Shown piece after piece: positions 13,101 through 28,100 of a stretch of 64,000 bases of DNA. Source of the stretch: Ophelia neglecta (lineage: Eukaryota); assembly GCA_965285935.1 (NCBI GenBank), contig OZ260667.1, positions 32,054,001-32,118,000 of the forward strand. The letters run 5' to 3'. Both the position numbers and the translations under genes were made by a program. Within the stretch, counting starts at the first letter, position 1, and the number at the start of each line of letters is the position of its first letter. The notes under the pieces were generated by a model that was not told the DNA's origin, made no database searches, and saw only the letters and a list, made by a program, of their open reading frames with translations.

Positions 13101-16100
13101 ATAAGCCAACACAAAATTAGAACCATAAAATGGGAAAGTATCTTGGCTTCTAAACTGCCATTGAAATTTGTCCAATGCATGATATCACTGAAGACTATAC
13201 CAATACGCTTTAGAAACATGAGGAGGCTTTGCCCCTTTTTTCCAGAACTCCAATGTATAGCGGCAGTTATAGTACCTCTGGTTTGGGGCATTTTTTATAA
13301 CAAAACTTTGATCGTAAGCAACAACCATTATTACAAGAGCTAGAGCCATTTACTTAACACATCGGGCGACCACATGATAAGGGTACGTGGTGTCGATCAA
13401 ACTAGATAACTATTGCCAAGCTATTTGACTATAAAAACTAAACGGCGGTTTTTAATTTGTGTATTTTCTGTATATAAGAAACCCACAGATTGAAGTGTAT
13501 GCCAGAAAGTCATATTTCATGTATGACGATTACGAAGGGCTTTTTCCATCTTCTTTGCAATCTGAGAGTGATACACGAGGAGCATATGAAAGCAGGACCA
13601 ATCTCTTTGGTCGCATCATGTGTTGACGGAGCAATGCACTTGCCGCATTTCTTATCATCAGGAAAAATAAACCGGCAGTGCTTTAAGTCCGCTATCTTTG
13701 GTTTCATCTTGGTCGAATGACGTGTTTATTGATAGGCAGAGGACTGTGGCTTGGAGAAGGAGTGCGGTGCATTTTTAATGCCATCGATACTTCTGGCACG
13801 GCTGATCACGATGTACATCTCTGGCTGTAGGTATTGGAACAGCAACTGCTGCTAAAAAAAACACCGACCGGTTGCCCAGATTTTTGGAAACGAAAACCCC
13901 AAATTCTGCAACGGAGTACCTTTATTATTTTCGATTACGTAGATTGCATACAGGAACCAGCAAGCCAAGTCAAAGCCCTTTGATGTGCAAGGCTTTTTGT
14001 GAATCGGCATGGGACGCATTACTGCAACCCGGTTCTGAGTGCTTCCAATTAGGCGACGGACATTTGGAAATAGTTCCGGCTGTCGAGACATTGTGTCTTT
14101 ACGCCGATCTTTGTCGTATGTCAACAAAAGTATTCGCAGCCCTTAAAGACAATATTGTGGAAAACAAAAACTTGCTAAAGATTCTTCCCATGACGAGATG
14201 TTCGTAACGAGGACCTGCCGTCTGAGAGTAGAGAGACGTTTTTCTGATTTAGGGAAGATACAAGATTTAGGACAAGGAGTGTTTGTGTAACGAGCAAATA
14301 AACTTTCAGTTAAGCGCAAATCCTAACAAAACTCTCGCACAGAAGACGAGGAGATAAGGAAGAGTGCAAATTAACAAAATCAGTAGCACACTGGCCGAAA
14401 TGAGCTCATCAATACTCAACTATCATCACTTTAGGTTCAGGAATTACAAAACAAATCGACTACGACAGTAATTTACGGGTAAACCCAGTGCAATATCGCT
14501 GATAATATCCGGCTGTAACTGGCATCGATTCAGTTCTCGTCTTCTCTCGCAGTCACGTGACGAGGGAAGCCGCCTGGCCTGTAGTTATCACCTGGTGAGG
14601 TATCGGACTGATGTAAAACGCCTGTGCATTCTGCCTCCGTCAGAGAATCTGGCTATCCCTGTCATACTCAGTGCATTGATCACTGCCACGGCCTTGGTGC
14701 CTTTCATCGCCATAATAGAGAGCTCCCAGCAGATACGAGGAGCAGTATTACTCTCAGCGGCAGGCAACTCCGATAGGAGGCAAATCAGAAACATTCCAAT
14801 ACCCGTGTTTTTGCTGATAATTTGCCAGGGATGAGCCGATTTGCAAGAGGCACGTGTTCTGAACCATTTTTAAACCGTAATTTATTCACGATTTGTAGCA
14901 GACAGTCTACAACAAACATTACAAATCTGTTCCAAAACGAGGGTGCGCATGCGTGCTGCTAAGCGTCTCCTTGCAACACGTGGTGTTGTGGCAGGTTTGA
15001 TCCCACCTCAATGGGTCGGGTGTTGTTTCTGTAAATATTGAGAGCCAGTGGAAACATTGCGTAGACCTGGCGTCGACATTGACCATCTTCATCAGCAGAG
15101 AGATGCAAAGACCACTGTGCAGAGCCAATACACCAAAGTTGTGTACAATAACAAGGGAAACTTTGGCACCTGTTCGACCCGCTAATCGCCTAACGCCCGC
15201 CAGATGGAAGTATTAGAAGCTATGGCCACGTACACAGCTCTCAGTCTCAGAGAACCAAACATTTTCATTGGAAGATAAGATATAGAAAATCTTACACCAA
15301 ATCATTGCCTTCAGGATTTTAGCATGTTGTTGAAGCGCAAGTTGACCAGCTCCACCCGAGAGTCTAATCCCAGATCTTTCGGGCGGGGTAAGATGAGATC
15401 CCGGCTCATAAAGCTGGCGTCTTGGACAATAACTGACCATGGATCTATGCAGTCAGGTACCAGTAATATGGAAGATGAAGGTCGTTGACCTCACTCAAGT
15501 TAAAGAGCGGGGTCCACATTCCTCAGTTTCCACCCGTACAGTCATTAAGCATATAAGGGATAATGAGCCCAGAGTGGGCAGGGTTTGTCCAGTTTGTTGT
15601 GTCTGAGATGAGCATGCAAACCTGATCAAGACACCCTCTCATTGGCTGTGCTTGTGATATGGTAACCAGGCAAGCAACCTTAGCCATGTGTTATGGTTCT
15701 GCATGTGTATGCAGTGCCAAGTACAAACTTTCAGCTTTGTGGCAAGTCGGTCTAAATAAAGGTCAACTAATTCCATAGATATCAACTTTATGAAAGTTAC
15801 TTTAGTACATTGTTTAACCTGCTCACAAATGACCAATGGTTTACATAATGTACATATGATTTTGGTAACATAAATACAAAGCCATGATTCATGAAAAAAC
15901 ATGTAGTTGACCAAACATTTGCACGAATAAAATAATAATGCATATTCAGTTTAATCATTTTGATTTTAATTAAGTATATTTTATTTGATAAGACCTTAAT
16001 ATTATGGTGGTACATTGGAATAAGAGGTTAATGTGGACTGGAGAGAGATGAGCTTCCAAGACTCACATCATATAGCTCTACTGTTCTAGAATACACATTG

Positions 16101-19100
16101 CGAGGCCTGGCCATCTACATATCAATTGATCTTCCTGACAAAGTTTTAATGCGAGTTCTATATAAACATATTCAGTGTCACTGCTTTGGTGATGAAAGCA
16201 AATCACCAGTAAGTAACAGCCCTCAACAAGATCTAATCAAGAGCATATTGATATACATACATTTTTAATTGAAAAAATAAGGGGTAATCAGTAAACCCAA
16301 GAAAATCAAAGCACCAACCATCCTGCTTTGGGACAGGTGTGTGGCAGTATTGAGAACTCAAAGCAGCTAGGGACCACAAAGTTCATTCAGTAAGAGCAGA
16401 TAACTTGGTAAGGACACTCCCAGTGCCACCAGGAGATAGGAAATATGCATCTTGTATCCAGATACAGTTGAATATTGCCACTACATGTTATAACAGCAGG
16501 AATTTTTCTCAATGTGTTCCAAGTTTAGAACAAGGAATGAGTAGAAGTTTGCCTTCTTTGGTAAATGTATGTAAGTAAAAATGAGCACTGATGTACCAAG
16601 TACCATCAAGTTGTCAGTCACAGAGAAACAGCTGGAACTTATCTATATGTGGGAAGAGTATTATAATTCCTTCCTAATAGGACAGAATGATGTAGCAGAT
16701 GAATGCTCACACTGCCTATAGATGACATGTGTTACTGACCATTCCAAAATTGAAATGTGGTGGATGAAACTAGGAGAAAATGGAGAATCTTTCGGTGGAC
16801 TATGCAGTCAGCTAAGGAAATTCGTGGCAGCTAAGACTCAGAAAATGTTAATCTTAGATTGTTAAATCTTGAAAACAAACCATACATTGGCCACAATTTG
16901 ATTTGACCTCTAGACACATAATATGCTATACTTGGATTCTCATTTCTTTGCCAAGTTGGGATTCGGTAAATTGTTGTCATAAATCTGACATGAAGGGATC
17001 TGTTCCAAAGGACTTGTGATTAATGAAATTCAAAATGAATATGCAAAAAGATAGGTGTAAAATTTTGTAAGTATGTATTTCCATACTAGTTTGATGTACC
17101 TGACACACCTTTGCCTGCATTAATGGCACTTGTTTCGATGCCTCTTCTATTTCAATGGCACTAATAGCTCATTCTCTCTTTAAAATGTATATTTTTAGCA
17201 CATACATGTATTTGTATGTACTTGTAGCTTACCAATTTTCAAAAAAGCACAAAAATAAAACATATGAAACATGCGCATGTGTGGGTCAATTTCTGATAGT
17301 TCAGTAATACATCTGTCCACTCAATATACACATGGTTAGAAATTCAACTAGTAAATAAACATAAAAGCTGGTCCCTTGCCATTGGTTAATGGCATATCAC
17401 ATTACAGGTCGTGAACCTCATGTTGCTATGTATGCCAGTCTTTAATTATGGCTGACCTGTCAATCATCTCCGTTTAAATTCTCGAGCTTAGCAGGCAAAT
17501 TCAAATTTGTTTTTCATTTAATTCAAAATTGACAAAACATAATGGGGATGTATTTACCCCTCTAAAAAAAGGAAACCTTGATGTGCATCCCTGACTATCA
17601 TGGGGAAACAATGTTGTTTGATAAAACCAGTAGAGCTAAAAAACAAGCAAAATTGCTCTGAGCTGTGTGTGTTATGATGAACCATGTGTTTGTAACGATG
17701 GCATCCATTGGCCGCTATTTATACCTGGGCCCCCCTCTTTAAGTTTCTGGCGTCTCGGTTTGAAGTCCGGTAATGACCACGTGCTAACGGCCGGGTCTTT
17801 GTTTACATATACCGGAATCAACATCTCGCGGCGCCGCGGCCACGCGAGAACAACCCCGAGAGCAGGCAGGGCCTGTTTTCAATGCTACTAGCGTGTTTAG
17901 TTTGACCATCGCCCTATGCAGAAGAACGTATAACTGGCTACTAAAAACAATTTATCGGTGCCAAGTACTGTTCGTGTCAAATGAAAGTGGGTCACCCTTC
18001 GAGCTCATTTCAAAGGAATCCAGCAAGCTTAGCAGACTTTACAGGTTTAGGTTCACCTGGCCAGTGCACCTTTGCAAGGCGCCATTGCCTTTGCACATCA
18101 GATATTTAGAAATTTGACCGAAGGTTATATTTTTTATTATTGAAATATATGCCTGAATTTACACAGGTGCAAATAAGCCATCAAATCAATACTATAGGTG
18201 ATTCTAGGTTTTACATTTTGGCAACTTTGAATACAAACAAATTTATTTCAGATGTGCCGCTTTCCATGGCATGGTAACAAGGAGGGTGGTCGAAAGCACG
18301 GTGTTGAGGAGCATGATGGACAAAGAGCTATGGAGCGCCAGGTTAATCCCTTACTCCATGTGACCCACGCTTTCTGACCCCGAACTGACCCTTTAAGACG
18401 CCAACATCCGACGACAGACGCACCCCACCATCGGTTGAGGCAGAATCCTGGATGTGGACTGTGCAAACGGCCTCTTACGAGTCGACTGGCTAATGTGGCA
18501 AATGACTGGCGCGATGAAGGGCGGCAGCCGAAAAACAGACACGGCCATTCTCCATTGATGGGCACAACATATGTGAGGACAGGCGCGCCTGCCCTATTGG
18601 CGTCCGACCGGCCTGGTAACTGGCCCAGGTCCGCACCGTGCCCCACCTCACGGGCCAGACAGAACAGACACGCCTAGCGGGCAGCTGAAATAATGAGGGG
18701 TTGCCTTCCACTTACCCCGGATGGTCCAAGTCTAATTGCCCGGGTAGGAGTGATCTTCTTCTAGCCCCGGATTATCCAAGCCTAATTTCCCCGGCTAGGG
18801 GGTACTCATTTAGATTTCCAAATGTTTATTAGCCTGTAAAACGATAGTTCTCGGATCTAATTTTTTCAGGTGAAAAGGCACTGGCCGAAATTTTTTTTTG
18901 ACATACAGAAATTTGCAAAATTGATCGAAGAGACGAAGACTGATTTTGCAGAAGGCACCCAATGTCAACTCAATTATTAATTTCTCGGCAAATCTGTTCA
19001 AAGAACCCTTCCAATATTTCTAACACCTTTCTTAGATTGTTTGTTTTTATGTAACTGCCTAAATAAATGATTATGAAATCAAGCGCCAACTGAGTTATGT

Positions 19101-22100
19101 AATCAGCGTGTAATAACGGCCCGCTGGGAAGAAGAGCAAACTGTTCGGCGTAAGTGGAACAAACTGTTCGGCGTGACCTTTGTTATCAAGGACGCACTTC
19201 TGGGACGCCACCGCCACCTGAGCGCAGCCACTCAGCTATGATAAACCTAATCAATTTGCTCAAACATTCTCTAATTCAAACCAGCTGTCGGCTGCGCATC
19301 GGAGCAAGCTTCCTGTTATCAGCCAGCAGGCATTCTGGGGAACTGCTAATACTGGGAGCAAGGGGAAGAAATGACCCAGAAGGGCCCAGAACTTGTACGT
19401 CCTATATAGGAAAGAGGCCATGGGTTGTTCAAGTTCGGAGTTCTGCCCGAGGCGACATTTTTGGTGGCGATATTGGCGTATGATCATCGGCCAGGCAATG
19501 TGAGCAGGGTACCAGACATGGTCTGTGCTAGATATCATCAAGCCGTCTGACAAGAGTGGTAATGTTGAAGTTGGCACAGCCAATAGCACGCCTTTAATAA
19601 GTCTGCAACCGGAAGCCACTATACTATCTTTTAAACTATTAAACACCACCGAGGTAAAAACACTAAAACATGAACCCTATGCCTGTCTCACGAAACACCT
19701 TTTTTGGGTCTCGGGAAAAAGTATTAGGCCAAAGGCGAAAGCAGGGAAACTAGCACGTTTGCGCCCATCAGTTGGTTATCTTATTCAACTATAGGCATTC
19801 ATATCTACTCTTTATATCATCTTCTGCCGGAAGGCTCGGTTTTCAAAATTTATTAGCGGGCGTTGTTAAAAACTAAGGCCCTGTTTTGCGGACTGTAATA
19901 TCTCGCAAGTTGGACACACCCTTTAATTATACGCCCCAGTTCGCATTACATGCTTCTGATGATTTATATAATTTACTTTATATAATATTGAACTTGCTAT
20001 GGTAGATGTGTTATATGAGCCTATTTCCTCCTCCCAGAAGAGAGAGGGACATAAACTGCAAGTGCGATTGTTTCTATGGTTGCTGTCTGGCGGAAGGCAA
20101 CATCATTATAAAGTCCCATCCCCCCAAATGCAATATCGGTCAAGATACAACACTTCCGGTTTCATTCGAGACTGGTGGTATCATGCCTTGAGAGCGATAA
20201 CAGCAGCCATAAAATCGGAATTGAAATACTTCGGACGCCCAAGTGTAGGTAGTACAATCGTGTTATATTGGACAATTATATAAAAAAAATATATATAAAA
20301 AAAAAAAAAAAAAATTGGACAATTAATTCTTTGGCACTGACTTGCCTTCATTTACAGTGTAATCGTATCAATTCTGTACATTCTTAGAGCTCATTCGTCG
20401 CAATTTTAGCTAAGGCTGGAACGAATGATACAAGGTAATGACCAGATTAGCCCAAAGTACTGGTTGAAATTTCCTGTAGATTGTTGGCTATCTACAACTT
20501 ATGTCCAGCTTAGATCTATAACCACTTAACTAGTGAGGGGTGTCTTCTCGAGATGACTGACAGACAACAAATAACCTACACTGCATGTTGTCTGGAGTGC
20601 AAGTATACACACGCCAGAAACATAACCATTTCACTGAGACACACCAATCACATACCACATGCGTTATCGGCGTGTATAATGTAGTACCTAGTAGGTAAAC
20701 TGAGGGAGATGATAAGACACTAGCTGTGGAGTGGTCGGCGAGAGAGTATCCTCGCCTGAATACAAACATTGGCACACTAAATCTAGTTATGTCGGTTTTA
20801 TATGTCGACTTGTGTCTGATATCTCCACATGATATACAAGCCAATACTTATAGAAATGCTGACAATCCAATTGGATCTACTTTCTGATAACCTCGGTTGA
20901 CCACAAAGACACATGCTTCGGGTGCACCGCCTACAGCGGTATATGCGTGCCACTATCATATCTATCAGATATCATAGTATATATTGTTTATATTGAGAGT
21001 ACACACAGTTGCCTCCGAACTGAAAGGTGACAACGTGGAAGGGTTGGGCTCGTTTGGCTTCCAGTTCTGGCGATGCAGCCAACCGGAAGTGGAGAGCCTA
21101 TTGAAATGTATCTTGTAAATAAAGATCCCATTAGGCCTAACAAATCTCTTTCATGAAATACATTGGGTAAATTTATCTTTGCGCTCGGCTCTTTGTTTAC
21201 AGTTTGTTGGGACCGTTTCCAAACATTGTCTTTCGACTTCCCCTAGTGAAACTTGCAGGGGATCAAGACGAATGTAATGATTGCTTTGGCCAAACAGTTT
21301 TTTGGTGATGTGGCGAGGCAACAAGGTGATCAGTTACCTTTTAGTTTTAAGAACAAATCCACGAAGTTAGGCTGAGATAAATCCGGGTCAGTTATAATTA
21401 TATCCTTCCCATTTGGCCAAATGGCTGCACACTATATTATGTGAATGAGCTATCTAAGATTACCCAACTCAGGAGCAAGGCAACACTTGCTACAGGGATC
21501 TTTGTTTGCAATTCCTAGATAAACTGGCTAAAAATCCCACCGGGTCTCGCCCCTACCATCTGGACTGGCTTGCGGGATGGAGTCGCATGTTGCAATTCAA
21601 ACAGCAAAGTGTAGAGGCTGTTCTTGTCTTATCTGGTGCACAAACAGAACTACCACATGCTCAAATAGCCCCGATTCCTTGGTGCCTAAAGAATCCCCGC
21701 CTTTGAGGAATGTTGTGCAGACAGCAAACCACTATTAGAGAAAGATTGGGAGTAATTAAGGTACATGATGGGCACGTTTCAGTACAAATGGCAACCCTTG
21801 AATCTATATCTAAGTGCAATCCACGTTTATCAGATAAAAACTATTGTCTGTAGTAGGCTGAGACCATTAAGCTCTCATCCGAAAGAAATAAAGGTAGAGG
21901 TTTCCGGGAGCAACTTTAACTACTAGTCACTTGGAAACAGCGGTCGGCCATGTCCTGATTTGTGTACGAAACGTGAGCAAAATACGGATCTGGAGTGGAT
22001 TATTGTGATTATAGTAGGCGGACTGCTGCCATAGCTGGGAGGGGGAATCAACAAGTGAAACTACGACTCAGCGGGCTGATCCCTGGAAACCTAGCCTCTA

Positions 22101-25100
22101 ATTTATAGGAATGCCAAGAGTACTGCAATGAATTGCATTTTTTGGCCGACAGCCATTGTGGTTGTTCGTTCTCGTGGGCGTTCTTCACTGAACGCCATTT
22201 TGTTCGGAGGCAGCCAAAGAAGAACACCTAACTTTATGAAGTAAACCGCCCTCCCTACATCTAACATGTGGCTACTACCGCTATATTTATGAATCATTCC
22301 AAAGCATTGTTACGTTATTCCTGTTTCATTGATGCTATATCATTCCAGTGCTATCATTTCATCGTTATCAAATGTGCTTCAAATCCTTACTAGCTTTTTT
22401 AAAAAATGCGAAGATTTAATACCAAGAGCAACTCTGTTTTTTCAGTTTTATACAAACAGTGTACATGAGGCTATGGAGCCCCCGGTCTGTCATCAAGTTC
22501 CTCCAGAAAAGTGTCGGTTTTCGACACTAGCTTGTTGTTATCAAGAAAGAAAGCTGTGTTCATAACCATGGGTGTCCGCTGGGAAGGTTGTACTGACTGG
22601 CTCCAACTGGGCAAACTAGTCAATATACAATGAATGGTGATCTGAGTAGCCAACTATCACTGCTGTTGGTAAGTCCAAGGAGGGCAACATATGGGTGTAC
22701 TGGAACCAATGACTTGTATTTTTATGATAGATAACAGGGCACTAGTTCGATCTTCATGCCCATCGTCACGTCTTCTATTGACATTGTTGTCTCAGAGCTT
22801 GCCTTCTCACTAAATAAATTCGTTGCATGCAAACTTTCCCCGTCACTTGGTCGTGATCCCAAGAACGAACTATCTTTATCAAACACTGGGGAATCGATGC
22901 AGTGAAAGACCGATGAAGCGGCCATCACGGCCTGAGTGATCAGATGGTGTTTAAAGGATTAAGCTCAAAGGGATAGGTGCATTTAGTTCACAATATAACT
23001 TACAAAAACATTTTCTCCATAATTAAGGGGAGGCTAAGGCTCATCATTACTGCCTCTCTGAAAAATGTGAACATTTTCTTTAAACCAGTGAATCAACTTC
23101 CTGACCAACTAATTATTTACAATGGTGTGATCCCTATTTTCGTTACCTGAAATTTATTCAGGAACATTGTTGACCTTCAGACTCAACTGACAGGTGTATA
23201 ATGGCCATGAGCAAAGAAAAATGTGGTACTCCCATAAGCCACGAGATCTAATGATTTGGTAGAAGCCCACGTTCGCAGGAAACAAGTCTCCACCATAGCA
23301 GGAAACAAGTCTCCACCATACACGAGCCTATAAACAGATACGAACGGCAGGAAGTTTCGTATTCATATGAACAATGGAGCTTTAAAAATTGATACATAAA
23401 TGACTGAAATCAAAGAAGAGAGCATTTCCCGGTGGGCTTGGCCTTTCACAGCGCCGACGACCACTTTTTGCCATTCTTTATACAGTGGTTGCCCTAGCTG
23501 TTGCAGTGGAATCTGAACTCATTGTCGTGGATTCATTGAACCTGCTGGAACACAAAGGGCCACAGGACAGGCCCAAGCGAGTATCGCTACATCAATGATC
23601 TGTACATCGAACCGACCACGTCGTCAACAAAGGAATGGGAGCCAAATCCGAAAACACTACAATGCCTTACACCTTACACAATACGAACAAAATACGGATC
23701 GAGGTTTAGATATACGCATCTACGTGTCATGAATTGTGTCTAGCCCATACATAAAGGCAAATTGAAAACAATTAACATCCATTGATCTACAATTTGGTAC
23801 ATGGTCTTCCTTTGAAGATATACTCCAATAAGGTCATGTTGACGATTCCCGTGAAAGGGTTATTGGCAAAGGTTACCCAGGTGGCTTGGTTTGTCCCTCG
23901 CCAATACAGCAATACCATAAAAGAAATATGCTAAAGGTCAATGAAAAGGTAACTGCATCCGAAATTAATACCACGGGCCTAGCTTGGTCTCAGCTTAATA
24001 TGTTACCCACCTGCCTACAACCTATCCTAACAGTCTATCAAAGCTAACATCAACCGAAACCACCCTGCTTTGACCGATTATAGGCTAGTCTAGGAACGGG
24101 AAACTGAAAGCCGTGGGCACCCTCGCCATATCACGTGCTTTCTCGGAAGTTGTGAGCTAACACTCGGAAGTAAACCGGTTATCACGTGGTTGTTATCGGC
24201 CATGTTCAAAGAGCTCTCGGCCAGGGCTGACATGATGTGATATGAACAAACACATGTTTTAGTAGCGCCTCTTGCAGTTGTTTACCAGCAGTGGGAAGTC
24301 GGCGCTTTCGTTAGAAACTCAAAACACGAATTCCACAGGTAATCAGGGAAAAGTGGCCGGGAAGTGTTGTGGGCTTGGGGGATAAGCTGCAACAGGCGGC
24401 CAAAGCAGAACAACATACGTGTCAGTCTCATTGGCGTCAATTAAGATTGCATGATCAACAACTTAAGACAAAAACAAAAAACTAAGCATATTTTGACAAA
24501 TATCCAGAAGAACTGTGCTGCAGGCTTTGTTTCGGCGTTTGGTGGAACAAAAGACTATATATAATCGTTGGAAAATAGTAGGATCCTAATAAGCCTATCC
24601 ATGAAGCCACGTGACTGGCTGAACAGGCTGTGAAATGTCATAAATGTCGCTGCCCCGAAATTACACCTACTGTATTCTTAAATTTTCTTACATGTTGAAG
24701 GATGTATAAATTGTTCACTGTTGTTAGATCATTATCGTCAGTGTTCATCTAAAGACGAAAGAATCGATGAGAAAATGCCGAGATACTTTATAGAAATACA
24801 TTATGCTCGGATAGTAAAAAAAAACGTAATTATGAAACATTAAAAGAGACACCTTGTCGGTTGATTTACTTCTTGAATGTCATAAAGTGATGTAAAGATG
24901 CAAGGGGGCCAACCTAATGCTTGAGGAAGGGGATAATTTTGCCCGGTCAAGGTTGTTGGTGTAGGTGACATCGGCCTATATAGAATGAGGTCAACATTGA
25001 TTTACTTATATTTAGATTAGGTTCAACAGCGTGATATAACAGAACACCACCGAGCTAGCACTCCTGTTCAAGACTCGGTTGGAATTTCATCAAGCAATTC

Positions 25101-28100
25101 AAAACTAAATTATTACTAACACTCATTTTAGCCGACAAAGCCAAAGTAGATTGTGAAATAGCTCATCAAGGAATTCCTCACCAGGAGGTCATAAATCAGA
25201 CAGAAAAATTATTCTTCCATCACCCCCATAGGGTGATAAGATGGCAACCACTTGGTGGGGAGAGACTGTTATTAAGAGGTTGTGGGGGAAGGGCGGAATG
25301 AAAAAGGTGTCGCTCCTGTGTCTTTGGGCCTTGAATGTGAGAACTAAAACTAACATCCGTTAAACAAACTGAGTCGGGCCGAGGGTGCATTCTCGATCGT
25401 TAATACCTCACGTTCAGACTGCATTTCGTATTTTCCCAATGAATCCACACCCACCATCCGATGCACTACCGGATGATTGTTCGAACATGAAAACTAGAAA
25501 GAACAGCAATCGAACGACAGCGTTGATCGTCGCCACAATCTACACGCTTTTCCCAAGCACTGGCAATGTGCTGTGAACCTGGATCAGGCAAATGTAATCG
25601 GAATAGGCCGTGAACCTGGATCAGCCAAGTGTAAACAGAACGCCATGAAAATGTTTGTCTTTCTGGTTTTTATACGTCTTAAATCGACCGCGATTACGAA
25701 CATGAATCCACTTGATAATCGCTTTATACCGGGGACGGAATGCCAAAGAAATAGCTACGTCTCCTTGATCGCTGTAAAGGATAGCATATTATTGCAATTT
25801 ATAGTCCTATTTTTTTTTCCTTTTCGAAAGGCGAGCTAGCGTCTAGGATCAATATTCAATGATAAAAGGTTGAAAAAGCTTTGAAATGGGGCAATAACAG
25901 CGCGATTTTGTAAGCTTTCGTTTCTTCTTGAGAGAAGAAATCTTCAACTGAATTTTCTTAGGTGTTATGAGAAGGGGGGCTAGACTTCTAAGCGCCATAT
26001 TTTGGAGTGAAATGAGTCAACTATGAGTAAAATTGTGTAAAAAGAATGCCACAGGTACCCGATGGTCCATGGGAGATACATTCGCACCCTTGTTTTTGGA
26101 TAAAACTAGCAACGGGTGTAAAACATGGCTTAAGTAGTAAAGTATATTGGGAATGTAATAACTATAAGGTGAGATGGCTTAGCAAGGTAAAATAATACTG
26201 CTTTCAGTACTGTATCGGACAGCCCCGGAACGGGTAATGTTAATGTGTTTTATCTGATGTCAAAGCCAGGAGGTTACAACATTCAAGAGACAACATGTTG
26301 TGTAAAAGTAACCCACCCAGAAAATGTATAATGTTTGGGCTAGTTTGTACACTCCAAATTGAACACGGACGACTTATACATCATAGATCGGGGTTATCAT
26401 ATACCAATGCTTTACTAATTACCAAATTTCTAACCCTTAACCACCGGTTGCCTATTGAGACCGGCAGTTGGACGAAACTAAGCCAGACGAGAGCGTTTGT
26501 CTTGCGTGCAATATGATAAAAGACTAGCGGCACATGCTTCTAGATTATCTGTTTTTTTTTCATTCTTCCGTGGTCATTATTTCGCTATTTTGGCACTTTT
26601 CTTGAGAAAAGCGCAGAAGCTACACTGTGGATTAATTTTGAAGTAGGCCTAAAATGTGTGGATTATTTAAAAAGGAATGAATGATATGCTTATATGTATT
26701 GCTACAACTTGCTTCCTGTTTACATAATCACATCATACACATTTTTCACAACCGTAATCTGTGTCCAGATAAATCGAACGGTTTTGTAACCATGTCACAA
26801 AACTCTTATCCGATTCTTTTGTGGATAATTCTTTTCATTTTTGTTCATTTTGTTATTAACTATACGTTTTATGTTCACGACATATTGTATAATATAGTGG
26901 ATAAACCAAACCATATTGACAACAAAACGTTTGCTTTTTTTCACCCTGCCACGTCATCGCGTGGTTTAAATTGTAGGTTTTTTTTGCCTTTGCTTTAGAA
27001 GAGGATTTTTGGCTAGCTAAAAAGTCCTGTCTGAACGCATACAGAATTTAGTGAATGCTTCGATCGAGTTCAAAGAAGCTGTATGTCGACTGAATAAAAG
27101 CCACACACATACACACAAAACTGTCACATAGATAAATCGTTCGGTACAGAGAGATCAAATCGTCCTTCGAGATGTCTGCACTTGCTTTAGGACTTTTTTT
27201 ACTTACACACTGGGAGTGAAGTGTTTGGCTACTAAGCGGTATGGATTTGATCGTCTGCGTCGGGAGCAGAAGTCACTGTCACTCCTTTAAATCCAGTTAT
27301 CAGTTTATTCGGGATGTTTGGGATTTTTATATTTATTTTGCAAATCCCCTTTATTTCGTTATTTAATTGACTGTGACACATAGTAATGTGATTAGTTAGG
27401 AGGCAAGTGATAGACAAAAACATGTATATGAGTGGTCTCGCCAGGACGCTGGTCATTGCGTGAGTCATAATACATTTAATCAAAAAGGGTGTCTACGATG
27501 AACGGTTTGACGTTGGTCAGTGCTTTAGGTGTGCATAATCCCAGCTGCCTTAACCACTGACGTTTATTTGTTGTCTTTAGCTTAAGGCATATATTGTGAA
27601 TTTATGAATATGTTTATCATTGTTATCCTCTTTTCTTGTGGGCCATTACATTATTATAGTGGGACATTACAAAATATTTTTAATTGTTTATTAACTGATA
27701 TTATCTTACTTGACTCTCAGGTACTTGACGATTTCACGGCGCATAATAAATTGTCCTACATTCTGTGCTAATCACTAGTTAGTTTGCGATGTCAGACGTC
27801 TGTTTAAGGTACCAAGCGTAAAGGCATAGATTAAAGAAATAGGCGTAAAAAATACATCCGTACACGTTAACGTTACACATCTTGGGTTTATTGTGCAATT
27901 GTAAATATACACACGTTGGACTAGACGTGGTCGAGTGCACTTGAATGACGTGTCATTGGATACGTCCGATTTGGGCCACTATTTATGCATTCATCTTTCT
28001 AAGTTGGATTGCAAAGATTGGTACGTTCAACGTTTGTTACTTTCTGAAATAAGCGTTTGGGTCTTAGTTTTCATTCTATGCATAGGAGTTAGCATTTTTA

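Noticed and set aside
20530-20960. Possible CR1/L2 reverse transcriptase remnant
   Set aside because: Motifs (RL..LNL, DL, MIYK) are too sparse to support.
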